From NCBI GenBank assembly GCA_013239625.1, contig MU054187.1, positions 14,170,974 to 14,234,973 on the forward strand: a DNA stretch of 64,000 bases. Reading direction: 5' to 3'. This document shows positions 39,401 through 60,353 of this stretch, piece after piece. Numbering within the stretch: position 1 is the stretch's first letter; each line of letters begins with the position of its first letter. The position numbers and the translations under genes were made by a program. Under the pieces are notes generated by a model. The model was not told the DNA's origin. It saw only the letters and a program-made list of their open reading frames with translations, and did not search any database. This DNA comes from Lama guanicoe (taxonomy: Eukaryota).

Positions 39401-41366
39401 ATCTGGGCATCGTCTCAGTGTCACCTGCTTTGGACCCATCCTCAGCTCACAGGTCTCCATGGAGACATCACTCCCTCTTAGCAATCTAACAACTCCTGTG
39501 GTTTACTGCCCACAGACTTCGAGTACTACTTCCTCGGCAACTCAGGGAGTCGCGGGGTGGGGGAGGAAACAGTGAAAGCTGCTGATTTCAAAACAGAGGC
39601 GGGATATAGCAAGTCACTGAGCGACAGGCAATTTCAAGTGCACTACTCGTATGTGTCTTTCTTGCATCAGTGGTAAGCATCGGCAGGAGGACTGTGAATA
39701 AAGAAAAAAAAAATTGGAAGGAGGAGAAAGCCAGCTGGAGGGTATGGGAAGGAAACCTAGATTCTCTCTGCTTTCTTGAACCAAAATAATAACAAGAGTT
39801 GGACACTGGGGTCCTTTACTTAGTGAAGCGGGGGAAAAGGAGCCAATGTAAAAGCTCATTTAAGAGAATGTGTATCAACATTTAAACTCTGATGTGAGCA
39901 TTTACCTATTATGTTTCAAAACTGGAGCTAGGGACATACTCCTCTTCCTCTAAGTTTACGACTGTGAACAGGTAATTGAAGAAATCACAGCCATCAGCCT
40001 GGCGGCACAGAGCTCAGGGATGCTTGGAAAAGTCCTTCTTAACACATTTGCACCACCACCCTCGTCTTAACGTCAGCAATGATCAAAAGGGGATCCGAGT
40101 TGGGTTCGTCTCCCGGCCCCGTGCCCCAGAGGGAAAGCCGTGTCTCGGTGGGGAACACCGGTGTCTCCCTTCACTGCAGATTCCTTAATCCGATTCTTTA
40201 AGATGATCCAGAGAAGGTGGGAACACACAGCGGTAGCCTGTGATTTCCTTTGTTGTCAGCAGGCTGCAAGCCTCTTTTCATCTTATTAAAATTATAGCCT
40301 TTCTGCCAAGATTGAAAAGAAAATCAGGAATTGGTAATTGTATTCCCCTCAACTCCTTCCAAACTGGGGAGCATGTCTGAGAGCCCTTCTCGGCTTACAG
40401 CACTACTCGTGTGGTGTTTCCCACCGCACCCAAGGATTAAAATGAAGTTCGCCCTACTGCCCAGCCAAGTACACGGTTCTCAAGCACACAGCATGTCCTT
40501 GTTTACGTTAGTCCACCTTTCTAGCCCATCCTCCCTGTCTTCGAGGCCCGCTTCTAACAATGCATCCTTCATGAAGATTTCTATGAACATGCTGGATGTT
40601 ACTGCCTAGTTTTTAAACCTCTGCTACCCTCTGTCGTTCTCTTCCGGCCTGTTTCTCACTCTGGATCAGTCACTGGTATCCTTGATTTCTCCCCATTTTT
40701 CAGGAAGGTGTATTGACACACACTTCTCCCCTACTCCACAGGCTTTCCTGCAGAGGGGTTTTCCTCTTGACCTAGATCTTCCTCCTCCTCCCCGCAGAGG
40801 CGGAGCGAGTCTCTCTCTCCTCACCCCCTTTCCTCTCAGGGGTTTGTCTGTCTGTCTACACGGTGGAGATGCCTTGCTCTGCTTGGCAGTGAAGGCCTGA
40901 CTCAGCAGGTGAGCCTGAGGCTGTCAGCAGTACCTGGCTGGGTACATTTGCCCAATTCTGAAGTTTGGGATGAGGAAACCCTTGTTGCCACACATCTAAG
41001 CCAAGATTTCCCTTCCAGTTTTTATCAGGAAACAAAGCTAATATTTTCATCTTCCTCTGCTTGAATACTAATCTCACAACTGCTTTCAAACCCAAGCACG
41101 GAAAAGGAGGCGTTCTTGCTAAGTGCCTTCTAACTCCAATAATAAGGACTCACTGTTGCATCTTCTGCAGATTCTAGCAAAACTCATTGTACAGCCACTC
41201 AAATAACATTTATCAAATTGAATTGAAAGAGATAACGTGCATAAAATTCATGGAATGTAATTTTCCTTATGCTTATGTTCCCATCTATAAACCATACAAA
41301 CAATAACTTAAATATCTCTCTGTAAGGTTAACAAAATACAACATATTCCGTATATAACAGAAAATA

Positions 41367-41372
41367 TTTATT
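41367..41372 (-). terminator. Probable polyadenylation signal AATAAA of C8orf89
   Basis: TTTATT on + strand, about 130 nt past the stop codon, after a U-rich 3'UTR tract. Confidence 0.65.
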
Positions 41373-41503
41373 TCCTATTTACATTTCCATTTTTATGTAA
41401 ATCATTGCACAACATACTGCATATCAAAAAAAAGAAAAAAGAAAAAGAAAGGAAAAATATAAACCTGAAAAGTCAGTGAAGACAGCATCCCACTGTGCGA
41501 TAA

Positions 41504-49569
<8,066 letters not shown>

Positions 49570-49889
49570 TCAGGACACAGATACAAAAAAAAAAAGAAAA
49601 GGTATTTCACAGATAAATATTTTTCTAATTTGTTTTCCATCATACAAATTAAATACTAATATAGATTTAAATAAAAAGTTCACTTATAACTTGTAAATAT
49701 ATATTCTTGGGATTTTAAAGCAAGAGGCTTTTAAGAATACAGCTAAAATAAGTAGATTATTAAAATTTTTTTTAATATTTTAATGAATTCTTTCAAATTC
49801 AAGGTTATAGATATTTGGCAATTAAAAAAATTTTAAGTCCAACAGCAAGTTATTATGTACAAGACAATGGAATGCTTAGGAGTCTTTCA

Positions 49890-52320
49890 AAAATATTACC
49901 ATTATGCACCATGACGAGGGGAAATTTATCTCTGAGATGCAAGGATGGTTCAACATAAAACATTAATAAGTGTAATATATCAGATATAAGATAAATAAGT
50001 ATTAGGGATGTAATAAGTACAGAATGAAAGATTAAAAATCACAGGATCATCTCAATAGACACATTTGATAAAATTCAACATGCTTTCATGATAAAAAAAT
50101 AAACTTTCAACAAATTAGAATTAGACAGAAATTATCACAACATAAAAAAGGCTATATATGAAAAGCCCACAGTGAACATCGTAATCAATTATGAGAACTG
50201 AAAGCTTTCCTCTGAGATCAGCAACAAGGCAAGGATGCCCACTCTCACAACTATGTAACATAGTACAGGCAGTGCTAGCCAAAGCAATAAAAAACAAACA
50301 AACAAACGCATAGAAAGAGAGAGCAGATTTGTGGTTACCAGAGGCGGAGGCTGAGGAGAGGGGAAATCGAATGAAGGCAGTCAAAAGGTATAAATTTCCA
50401 GTTATAAGATAAATAAGTACTAAGGATGCAATGTACAACATGGTAAGTATAATGAACACTGCTACACGTTATAATGAAAGTTGTTAAGAGAGTAAATCCT
50501 AAGAGTCTTCATCACAAGGAAAACTTTTTCTTCTATTTCTTTAATTTTGTGTTTATATAAGACGGTGGATGTTTACTAAACTTACTGTGATAATCATTTC
50601 ATGATGTATGTAAGTCAAAGAATTATGCTGTACACTTTAAACTTTTACAGTGCTGTGTGTCAGTTACATCTCAAAACTGAAAGAGAAAAGAATTTATTAT
50701 ATTTAACATAAAAAAAGGAAAAAGAAAATGGGAAAATCTTCATGATATTCTTCACAATGATTTTATGGATATGACACCAAAAGCACAGGGAACAAAGCAA
50801 AAACACACAAAAATCAACTCAAAATGGATTAAAGATTTAAACCTAAGACCTGAAACTGTAAAGTTGCTAGAAGAAAACATAAGGAAAAGTTTCATGACAT
50901 TGGTCTTGGCAAGTTTTATGGATAGAACAGGAAACAAAAGCAAAAACAGACAAGTGGGACTATACAAACTAAAAAGCTTCTATGCGGCAAAGAAAACAAT
51001 CAACAGAATGAAAAGAAAACCTACAGAATGGAAGAAAATAATTGCAAACTATTTATCTGATAAGACGAAGTCCTAGAACTCCTCAGCAAAAACAAACAAA
51101 AGAAAAACAATAAAAAAAACCCTATTAAAAATGGGCTAAAACCAGAGATTGACACATTGTAATTGACTGTACTTCAAATAAATAAACAAACAAATAAATA
51201 AATAAATAAATTTTTAAAAGAAAAAAAATGGGCTAAGGACTTGAATAGACATTTCTCCAAAGAAGACATAGAAATGGCAAACAGGTATGTAAAAAGATGC
51301 TCAACAGCACTAAACATCAGCGAAATACAAATCAAAACCACAATGAGCTATCACCTCACACCTGCTACGATACCTATTATAAAAATTTTTGTGTTGGTGA
51401 AGCCATAGAGAAATTGGAACCCGTATACACTATTGGTGCAAACGCAAAATGGTGCAGCCACTATGTAAAATAGTATGGAGATTCCTCAAAAAAATTAAAG
51501 AGAACTACCGTAAGATCCAGCAATTCCACTTCTGGGGATTTATCCAAAAGTATTGAAATCAAGATCTCAAAGAGTTACAGGGTGGGAAGGGATAGATGAG
51601 ATTTCAAAATGTAGAACAGATAAACAAGATTATACTGTATAGCACAGGGAAGTCTACACAAGGTCTTATGGCAGCTCAGAGAGAAAAAAATGTGACAATG
51701 AATATATGTCTGTTCATGTATAACTGAAAAATTGTGCTCTACACTGGAATTTGACACATTGTAAAATGATTATAAATCAATAAAAAATGTTAAAAAATGA
51801 ATTAAAAAAAAAGATCTCAAAGAGTTACTAGCACTCCCATGTTCATTATACCACTATTCACAATGGCCAGGATGTGGAAACAACCTAAATGTCCATCAGT
51901 GGATGAATGGATAAAGAAAGTGTGGTATATAGATATACAATGGTATATTATTCAGCCATAAAAGAAGAAAGAAATGGTGAAATATGAAACAACATGGATG
52001 AACCTTGAGGACATTATGCTAAATAAATCAGTCATAGAATGACAAATGCCTCACGAGTCCACATGTATGAGGCATCTAAAATAGTCAAACTCATAGACGC
52101 ATAGAATGGTAGTTGCCAGGCTCTGGGATGGGGGAGGAAATGGGGAGGTGCTAATCAGACGTTATAAAGTTTCACTTACACAAGATGAATGCATTCCAGA
52201 GATCTGCTGTACAACATTGTACCTGTAGATGACAATACTCTATTGTACACTAAAAAATCTGTTAAGAGAGTAAATCTCATAGCGTGTTTTTACCACAATA
52301 AAATTAAAGTTTAAAAATTA
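49890..52320 (+). mobile_element. Composite L1 cluster with nested younger L1 3' ends
   Basis: ORF2p remnants (KINSKWIKDLNLRPETVKLLEEN in ORF 50765..51076); inserts at 51140-51223 (13-bp TSD AAAAATGGGCTAA) and 51579-51810 (18-bp TSD AAGATCTCAAAGAGTTAC); another L1 3' end at about 50310-50720. Confidence 0.9.
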
Positions 52321-52689
52321 TTACCATCACAAAATGCACTTGTGCCTGAATAAAAGATAATTTCTATGCTTCATGGAAAATAAGCATAGCCCCAAGATAG
52401 CCATTGCTTTTAGTCTAAACAGGGACACAGGAGAATAACTAATCATACATCCAGCTTATTTACTATATAATCAATTATATATATTGTGTGTATGATGTGC
52501 AAGGCATTACTAACCTCTGAAGAAAGTGCAACCATGAGCCAGACTCCGCCCCCATTCTCGGAGAAGACAACCACCGCTCCAGGTACAACTACCTGAGTGC
52601 CTACGGCCATCCTCCTTGGTGGGCATTTGTTCATTTCTCCAATCTTCCCAACAAAAAAGGTTATGAACATCCAGATTCAGCTGTGCTCA

Positions 52690-53470
52690 TTCATTCATAC
52701 AAAATATGATTTACTGCAGGTTGATTCTCTGTCAAGGACTGCACAAGGCATTGGAAAACCCTGGTAAAACAGTCCTTGCCCTGGGGGAGCTCAGTCCACA
52801 AATAAACACAGACAGCGGAACAAATAATGTAGTGTAGTAAGTGCTACGATGGGGAAACAGGGTGCTACGGGGCACGCAGGAGAGACGGGTAATCCGGTCT
52901 CGCGCGTTAGGGAAGCTAACAAAGCAGAAAGCTGGTGGGAGTGGGGTGGGGGTGGGAACAGGACTGCGAGCTGAGCGACAACATAGCTCAGGAAGGTAGT
53001 TTCATATAGTTGGAGTGTGTGCACATGTGTGTGTGTGTCCAAGCACTTAGAGGCTCACTGACGAGGAAGGAGGGGAAAGATGAGAACCTGGGAGAGGAAA
53101 GGGAAGAAGGACTAAAAGAAACAAAAGAAGAGGTAAAAGAGGAAAGATGAAGGGGGAGGAGGGATGGAGAGCAACATAAAGTAGCCTTAGGGATGGGGTA
53201 GTCGTGAGAAGTGAGTGTCTCCCAGGAAGGCCGTGCCGAAGGAGCCAGCGGCGTCAAGTCCTGGAGACATTATTCATTGTGACATGAGAAAATGGGATAA
53301 GAATAAAGGGGGAAAGTCTTTGGATTTGGGGAGGAGATCTTGCGTCTGCTTTGAAATGGCAGTGTTGGCAATTAAAGAGTAGAAACCAGAGAGTTACGGG
53401 CTGCAGTGTCGGTGTGAAGAGCACTAGGAAACGCCGTCAGGGACAGGAAGAGAAAGGGAGAGCCACAACC
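52690..53470 (-). mobile_element. L2 relic
   Basis: TTCATTCA tail, GTCCTTGCCCTGGGGGAGCTCA, GTAAGTGCTACGATGG. Confidence 0.55.
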
Positions 53471-54222
53471 TCAGTGGGCATCTCCAATCAGAGCGGCCAG
53501 TCCTCTGGCTCTGAGCCCGCTAGAGGCTCACATTGCTCCCCGTTATTCTCCAACGCTGCCACCACTCTATACTTGCGGTTGATCCTCCTTCCCAGCAACA
53601 AGAAAGAAGAGTAGTTCATTCTTTCTTTGATGCTCTTGAATTCTCTTGATTTCATAGGATTTATTGCTAAAGACTTGAGAAAACAAAACAAACGTAAGGG
53701 CGATAACAATCATAAAAATGACAACAAATCTAAACTATGGAGTAAATTATAATTTCCGAAGTCTTAAAAGGACTCTCCAAATCACAATCCAGGACTCCAT
53801 CTAAGACCTTTCTCCCCCTTGCACTTGTAGAGGTGAAGATGACCAGACAGCTTTCTTTCAGCTCCAAGGCACACCATCCTCTCCTTCTTAGAAGCCTCTC
53901 TACCAGGACAGAAGAAGCAACCAAGGGACTAACAATCAACACCTGGTGTCAAACAAAGTTAAGAAAAATTTCCTTAAAACTGAGTATTTTGAAAAAGTTT
54001 ACACAATGAATATCTGAGGGATCATGTATAATAGCTATATTTTTGTGTATGTTTGAAATTTTCCATAATAAGTTAGGGGAGAGAAAAACCTACAGCTGCA
54101 AGAATAATGTACAACTTAAAGAATGTGCTGAAATTTAAAAAAAATTTTTTTGATCCTATGTTTCCTGCTAACATGGTCACCACCTAATTCTAATGGGAAA
54201 AGAAAAATAAAGGATACTTTAC

Positions 54223-54445
54223 AGGGATAAATTGGGAGTTTGAAATTTGCAGATACTAATTACTATATATAAAATTAATGATGTTTATAATACATAGCAC
54301 AGGAATTATATTCAATATCTTGTAGTAACCGATAATGGAAAAAGAATATGAAAATGAATATATGCATATGTATGACTGAAACATTGTGCTGTACCCCAGA
54401 AATGGACAAAATACTGTAAAATGACTATACCTCAATTTATAAAAG
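54223..54445 (+). mobile_element. Lineage-specific L1 3' end
   Basis: GGGATAAATTGGGAGTTTGAAATTTGCAGATAC...TGACTATACCTCAAT; same family as the tips at 29.9 and 51.1 kb. Confidence 0.85.
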
Positions 54446-55527
54446 CTTTAGCTTTTATTAGATTTTTCTTTTAAGATTAACACTACTCAGAACTTTAAGT
54501 ACATGGTTTAAAAGCAGAATTCTTAAACAAAATGTTAATAAAAGGTGCCCTCCAACCAGATCTATCTATACCAGTTAAATCTATCTATATTTTTGAAAGT
54601 GCTAAGAAGGTAGGAGGTGCCTATGAACAGAGAGAGAACACACTGAAGTAACACTAGCAGTTTCAGATCCCTGCATTACCTGAAAAACTGTAACGACAGC
54701 TGGGTACATCATAGTAAAAAGACTAAATATTTTTTAAAAAACAGAAAAAAAGATATGTTCCCTTCAAGGGAGGAATGGTAAGATATACGACTGACTTGTC
54801 AATGGAGACTAGTATGTTAATGAAAGTTGTTTAGGTTAATATAGGAACTTACATTAGGAACCTATAGTATCAAGAAGATCTTTAATTTCTCAGTGATGGA
54901 GAACATAATTGTTCAGTGAAACGAAAAATAACTATTTTAAGACTATTTTAAAAACGACCTCAGTCATTGCAGGAGAAATTCATTCTTATTGAAGACTTTC
55001 TGGACTACATCCCCAAACGAAAATCTAAAAATGAGGAAGGAGATATGTGAAAGTCATTGAAAATTTATTAATCACTATTTTTTCAGTCAAGTCTATATAT
55101 CTGTATAAAAAGAATATCTTATTGCTGTCTGAATTGAGATTCTTACTTGAGAATTAAGGACTGATATAACAGAAATCACCGATTTACACAACTGTAAGAG
55201 ACCTAACCTCCTAATTTCTGAATTAAACAACCTGAGGTTTGGGAGGTTTAAATGGTTTTCCTCTAATGTGTATGTAAAAGGGAACAACAACGATAAACTA
55301 TTAATTTTATCAAATTCTCTGTTTTTAGGGGGGAGGAGAGATGGACAAGGGAACACAATTTAAAAAGTATTAAGATTCAGCTCTAACAAAATTAAAAATA
55401 AGAGACATGCAAAATGTTACAAAAAGTAAGTTGTAAAACTATATGCAAAGTTCCCATCCGGACACAAGTATCTCCCATTACCCAAAAGCAGTCAATTTGC
55501 CAATCTGTGTTTAAACAGTCAACTCAC

Positions 55528-55570
55528 CGGAAGAGCTACTTAAGCATTCTCTGAGTTAAGAACCCTCAAC
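55528..55570 (-). other. Candidate 43-nt 5'UTR exon of C8orf89
   Basis: Acceptor TTTCTTCATTTCTTAATTCACAG| and donor CCG|GTGAGT, in apparently unique sequence between the CpG island and the ATG exon. Confidence 0.5.
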
Positions 55571-56309
55571 CTGTGAATTAAGAAATGAAGAAATGTAGAA
55601 GCAATGGCTTCTCCAATATACCTGCATCCACCTGTACATCCCAGAGCCCACTGTTACTGCCCTCTTCCTGTCACCCAGTCCTGAATGGAAAAAAAACCCA
55701 ATTATTTCCTTGTTAACTTTTCCATGCCTCTGTCTCCCTACCTGGGGAATAATACTCTCTGCCTTACAGAGGTGCGGTGAAGTTTAAAGCTAACTGAAGA
55801 AAAGCATCTTACTAAATGCCTAATACACTGCCTGAATTCTCAGAGAATCTTCAGTTCAGAGCAGAGTCAGGTATCTTTATACATGGAAACAAACAACAGC
55901 TGTGCTTCCATCATAACAATCACGGTGATGACGATCACGAGCCAAGAATCAATACCTGGGGTACGGGAGTGCGGCGTGACTCAGCGCCTCTCCCTCTTTT
56001 CCTTCAGGGTGCATGTGCAGCCCCGGGCTCTCCTGTTCTTATTCACACTGTTCCATGCTTGCCCTACAGTCTCCATCCATTCACCTCCTTGAATACTATA
56101 AATTAAAGCTTTTTCCCAAGATGTTTATTATTCTGTTTGGGGGCACAAATCTCCCATTTGCTGCATCTGCCAAGTCTCCCTTCTTGTGGTTCATTTCCTT
56201 GTGTGATCTGTAGACTTGGACTGTGAGCTCGTCTCTGGAGAGACTGCTGTCTACAGGAGTCCAGTGTTCCCTGAGCTATGGAAACCTTGCTGTACATCTC
56301 TGTATAGGC

Positions 56310-56461
56310 TTTTCCTTCTTTTTTTTTTTTTAAATATTTATTTATTTATTTAGGAGAGGAGGTAATTAGGTTTATTTATGCATTTAATGGAGGTACTGGG
56401 ATTGAGCCCAGGACCTCATGTAGGCTAAGCACACACTCTGCCACTGAGCTGTGGCCTCCCC
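56310..56461 (-). mobile_element. tRNA-Ala-derived SINE, long-tail form
   Basis: Head plus AAACCTAATTACCTCC tail motif and poly(A) on the minus strand. Confidence 0.85.
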
Positions 56462-56724
56462 AGGACAGACTTCCCATTGCTCTCCGCCTGGCCCTGGGCT
56501 TCAGAGGAATCAGATGGATTAGTATGCCCATTTCCTAGGCTGTAGGCCCTGGACCATGCAGTAATGTGACTTCAGACCTCGGACTTGAGCCAGCGCAAGG
56601 TGTGGTGCTCTCATGTCTAGAAGCCGACTCTTTCCTACCACAGTTCAAGTGGATGGTAAGCTTCCTCAGAGCCACCTCAGGCCAATGGGGGGTATTTTTC
56701 TAGTTACCTCTGTGTCAAGGTACT

Positions 56725-57275
56725 TGTGGCAGGTTGTGTTTTCCAAAGAAGGATGCACTAATACATATTCATGTCTGCACGTTCTTCCTTCAATGTGATG
56801 TTGACACTCCTCTGTCAAGAGGTGAGGTCGGTGTTCCCTTCCCTGAAACTGATTTCCTCGGTCAGTACAATGCAACAGAAGTGACACTGTGGTTTTCAAG
56901 GCTAGGTCATAAAAGGTGATATGATTTCCACTGGCTCATCTTGGGACGCTGGAAACCCAGCCACCATTTTGTGAGGGAGCTAGGTGCCAGGAAGAGGCCA
57001 CTGTATAAATGTTCCATCTGACATCCATGGCTAAGGCCTCAGTCCAGAGCCAGGATCAACCACCAGACATAGGAGTGGATGAGCCCGCTGGTGAGTCCAG
57101 CCTCAAGTGTGCAGATCTTCTATCTGAGGCCCCAGACATGGTAAAGCAGAGCCAAGCTGTCCCTGCCGTGCACTGTCCGAATTCCTGCACTGTCCCACAG
57201 AGCCCAGGAGCACAATCAATGGTTGTTTTGCACCGAGTTTTGGAGAAGTTTGTTACGCAGCCATAGTAACTGGAA
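56725..57275 (+). mobile_element. MLT1-type solo LTR
   Basis: TGTGGCAGGTTG start; AGGCTAGGTCATAAAAGG; ends TTTGTTACGCAGCCATAGTAACTGGAACA. Confidence 0.75.
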
Positions 57276-59188
57276 CAGTGCTCCTTTGTGACTCCCAGCT
57301 TCCAGCAGATGCTCAACAGTGCCTTCCTGTGTAAGCTTTCCTTCACTTCCGGCACCTGGGGATCTCCTCCTCTTGGTCCCTAGCTCAGCCACATAGCCAC
57401 AAACTATCTTCCTATTCTTTACTCAACATTTGGAATACACTGAAGCAGAATGGAGTTTCTTCCATGTCAGCTCCCTCTGCCACACTGCTCAGAAGGTCCC
57501 AGAATAACTTTTCAAACGATGACATAAAGAATTGAAGGATTCAATTTCTTTGGTATATAAAGACATTTAAAAATCAATAAGAAAGTGATCTTAAAGAGAG
57601 TATATTTATTAAAGAACAGATAACTTATTACAGAAAAAATACAAATGTTCAATAAAAGTTCTCCCTCACCAGTACCCAAATAAAAGCAAAATATTGACTT
57701 ATAACTTTTGCTCTGAAAATAGCAAGGATTTTTTTTTAACTACTAGACAGTGTATGATGGGATTCAAGGAAACAGGTACTATCATAAGGTTTCAGTGGAT
57801 GTATCAGTATAATATTTCCAGAGAACAATCCAGAAATATATATGTCCTTATAATTTTATATACTTTTGACCCAGTAATTCCACTTCCAGGAGTTTATCCT
57901 AAAGGAATAATCAATGATACATACAAATATTTATCTTCAAGGAGGTCAAATCCTATATTTTTTATAATAGAAAAGCAACAAAGCTGAAAATGGTGCAAAC
58001 ATCAAACAGCAGGTGGTAAGATAATCTATTTTTAGCTTTGACTAAACCAAAAGAAATCATCAAGTACACATAAAGAGAGGCGAGCTGTAGATTCACTGAG
58101 AAAGCTAGTTATTTGTCCACAGTGCCAGTCATTCATTGGGCTAAGAGCTGAAATACAAAAAAATGACTGAGATACCAAAGCATATACTCTATTAGGGGGA
58201 GCAGAGTAAACAAACAATGTGTTTGTTACGATAAATATTGATGATAAATCTGTGTTTAAATTTTTATGGTACAACAGAGCCTTTGCTGACCTACCCAGAC
58301 TGGGGAAGGAGAGTTTTGCTACTGTTTTTGAGGAAGGGATGTTCAAACTAAGTCTCACAGCTTTTGGTAAGTAGAAATGAGAGTAGGCATGAGGGTTTTA
58401 GAACAGAAGTGTAGCATATTCATGGCCATGCTTTAGGAAGATTAAGCTGGCAGGGACTGGGGCCAGGTTAAGAGGCTACATAGAATAGTTCAGAGTGCTT
58501 AAGTTAGAGTAGTACCAATGACGCGAGACTGACGATTGACTGAATTTAGGAGGTTCAGCAAAGAAAAAAAGAGTCAAAGTTGTCTGAGGCCCTGAACTAG
58601 GGTCGCCCAGAGAATTATGGAACCATGAATTAATTTCAAAGAAAGTGTTAGTCTGGGGGTGGAGGGCCACAAGCAGCCCAGTTTGAGATAAAATGAGCAC
58701 AGAACATTCAGGTGGAGACCTATTTATTACCTGGATTTGGGCTATAGGAATACTGTTTGCCAGATGAAGCTTTTAAGAGTTATCTATTTACGGGTGAGGA
58801 TTAAGGCCAAAGACTGGATTAAAGATTTTAGAGAGAGAAGAAAGCCTGATTCTCTTAAAATACATGCAAGGCAGGAAGATTGAAAAAAAAAAAAGGCAGA
58901 AAGAGTGCCTAGAGAGCCAAATGACCCAGAAGAACCAGAACTGCAGGGAGCACTGGCCCACGTCCAGTTCTACAGGAGTGAGTCGAGAAAGGAACTATGT
59001 GCTCACAGTACTGTAACACCAAATACACAATTTAATCATTTGATGCTCAAAGAACCCATGACACACAGTTCTCAGTTACTGACCAGGAATTCAGACGTGA
59101 CAAGGAACACAAGCACTGGAGGTAAAATGAACCTGGATTCTAATCTTGGCTCTGCCCTTCAACAGCTGCATCACCACAGGGTCATAGC

Positions 59189-59348
59189 GAGAGGATACAG
59201 CTTAGTGGTGAGGTGCCTGCTTAGCATGCAGGAGGGCCTGGGTTCAATCCCCAGTACCTCCATTTAGAAAAAGAATAAATAAATAAACTTAATTACCTCC
59301 TCCCACCGCTCCAAAAAAACAAAAGTATAGTGGACAATCATAAAAAAA
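59189..59348 (+). mobile_element. tRNA-Ala-derived SINE, long-tail form, inserted in a MIR
   Basis: GCTTAGCATGCAGGAGGGCCTGGGTTCAATCCCCAGTACCTCC; tail AAACTTAATTACCTCC; duplicated flanks. Confidence 0.88.
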
Positions 59349-59816
59349 AATAGTTGCATCACCATGGAGTCGCGAAGAAAATAGCAATGCTGCTGGCTCT
59401 CACAGGGTGAGTGAGGATTAAATTATAAAATGCATATAAAGTGTTCAGCACAGTGCTGACCAGGTAATAAACATTCAATAAGTGGGAGCTATTGATTTAA
59501 TTGTTTTAAAATAATAAACACAAGGGGTTTTTTTGTTTGTTTTTTTGCTTCACCACAGCCTGTTGATGGAAATGTAAATCAGTAAAGGCTTTTTGGAAGG
59601 CAAGATTCCACCAAAATTTTTTAACGTACAAACATCTGACCCAGCAATTCTACTTCAAGGAATTCACTTTACAGAGCAGTTCCCGTACATAAGAATGTTC
59701 ACTGTTGTGTTGTTTGTAATAAGGGAAAATTGGAACCAATCTTAGAGGAATGGTTACATAAATTATGATACATCTGTACCATATGATCATACATCTATAT
59801 GACACATCTATGAAAT

Positions 59817-59854
59817 AGTGCAGAACTGATATGAAAGTGCAGAACTGATATGAA
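59817..59854. repeat. 19-bp tandem duplication
   Basis: AGTGCAGAACTGATATGAA x2. Confidence 0.9.
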
Positions 59855-60177
59855 AGGCATTCAGCACATCTTAAGTGAAAAAGGCAGTTCCTCAAAAGAA
59901 TCCATATGATTCCACTGATGATCAGAAAACAAATGAAAAGAGAACAGAAGCATAAATACTAAATCAACTCTAAGAAGTGTTAGAAATTAAAGGAGTAGAA
60001 ACTAAAGGGGGCTTTCACCTCCAACTCTGTATACTTCGCGCTGTCTGCATGAGAAGTACTGATGTATTACAACGGAATTTCAAAAATGTAAGAACTTGAA
60101 GAAGGAAATGTCGGAAGTATTTCTGAAGAAATACCATGTAATGGAAGATTTAAACTCATCATTAACAATATAGGTAA

Positions 60178-60353
60178 GGGGGGAGGGGATAGCTCAAGTG
60201 GTAGAGCACATGCTTAGCATGCATGAGATCTTGGGTTCAATCCTCAGTGCCTTCATTAAAAAACCAAATAAAGAAATGAACCTAATTACCACTCCCCTGC
60301 AAAAAAAAAAAAAAACACCAACAGAAAAAAAAAAAAAAAAAAAAAGCAGCAGC
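60178..60353 (+). mobile_element. tRNA-Ala-derived SINE, long-tail form
   Basis: GGGGAGGGGATAGCTCAAGTGGTAGAGCACATGCTTAGCATGC...GGTTCAATCC; long poly(A); TSD AACAATATAGGTAA / AGCAATGTAGATAA. Confidence 0.9.

Noticed and set aside
60178..60256. tRNA-Ala(AGC)-like gene (also the six similar copies)
   Set aside because: Mismatched stems, A-rich tails and TSDs show these are SINE copies, not tRNA genes.
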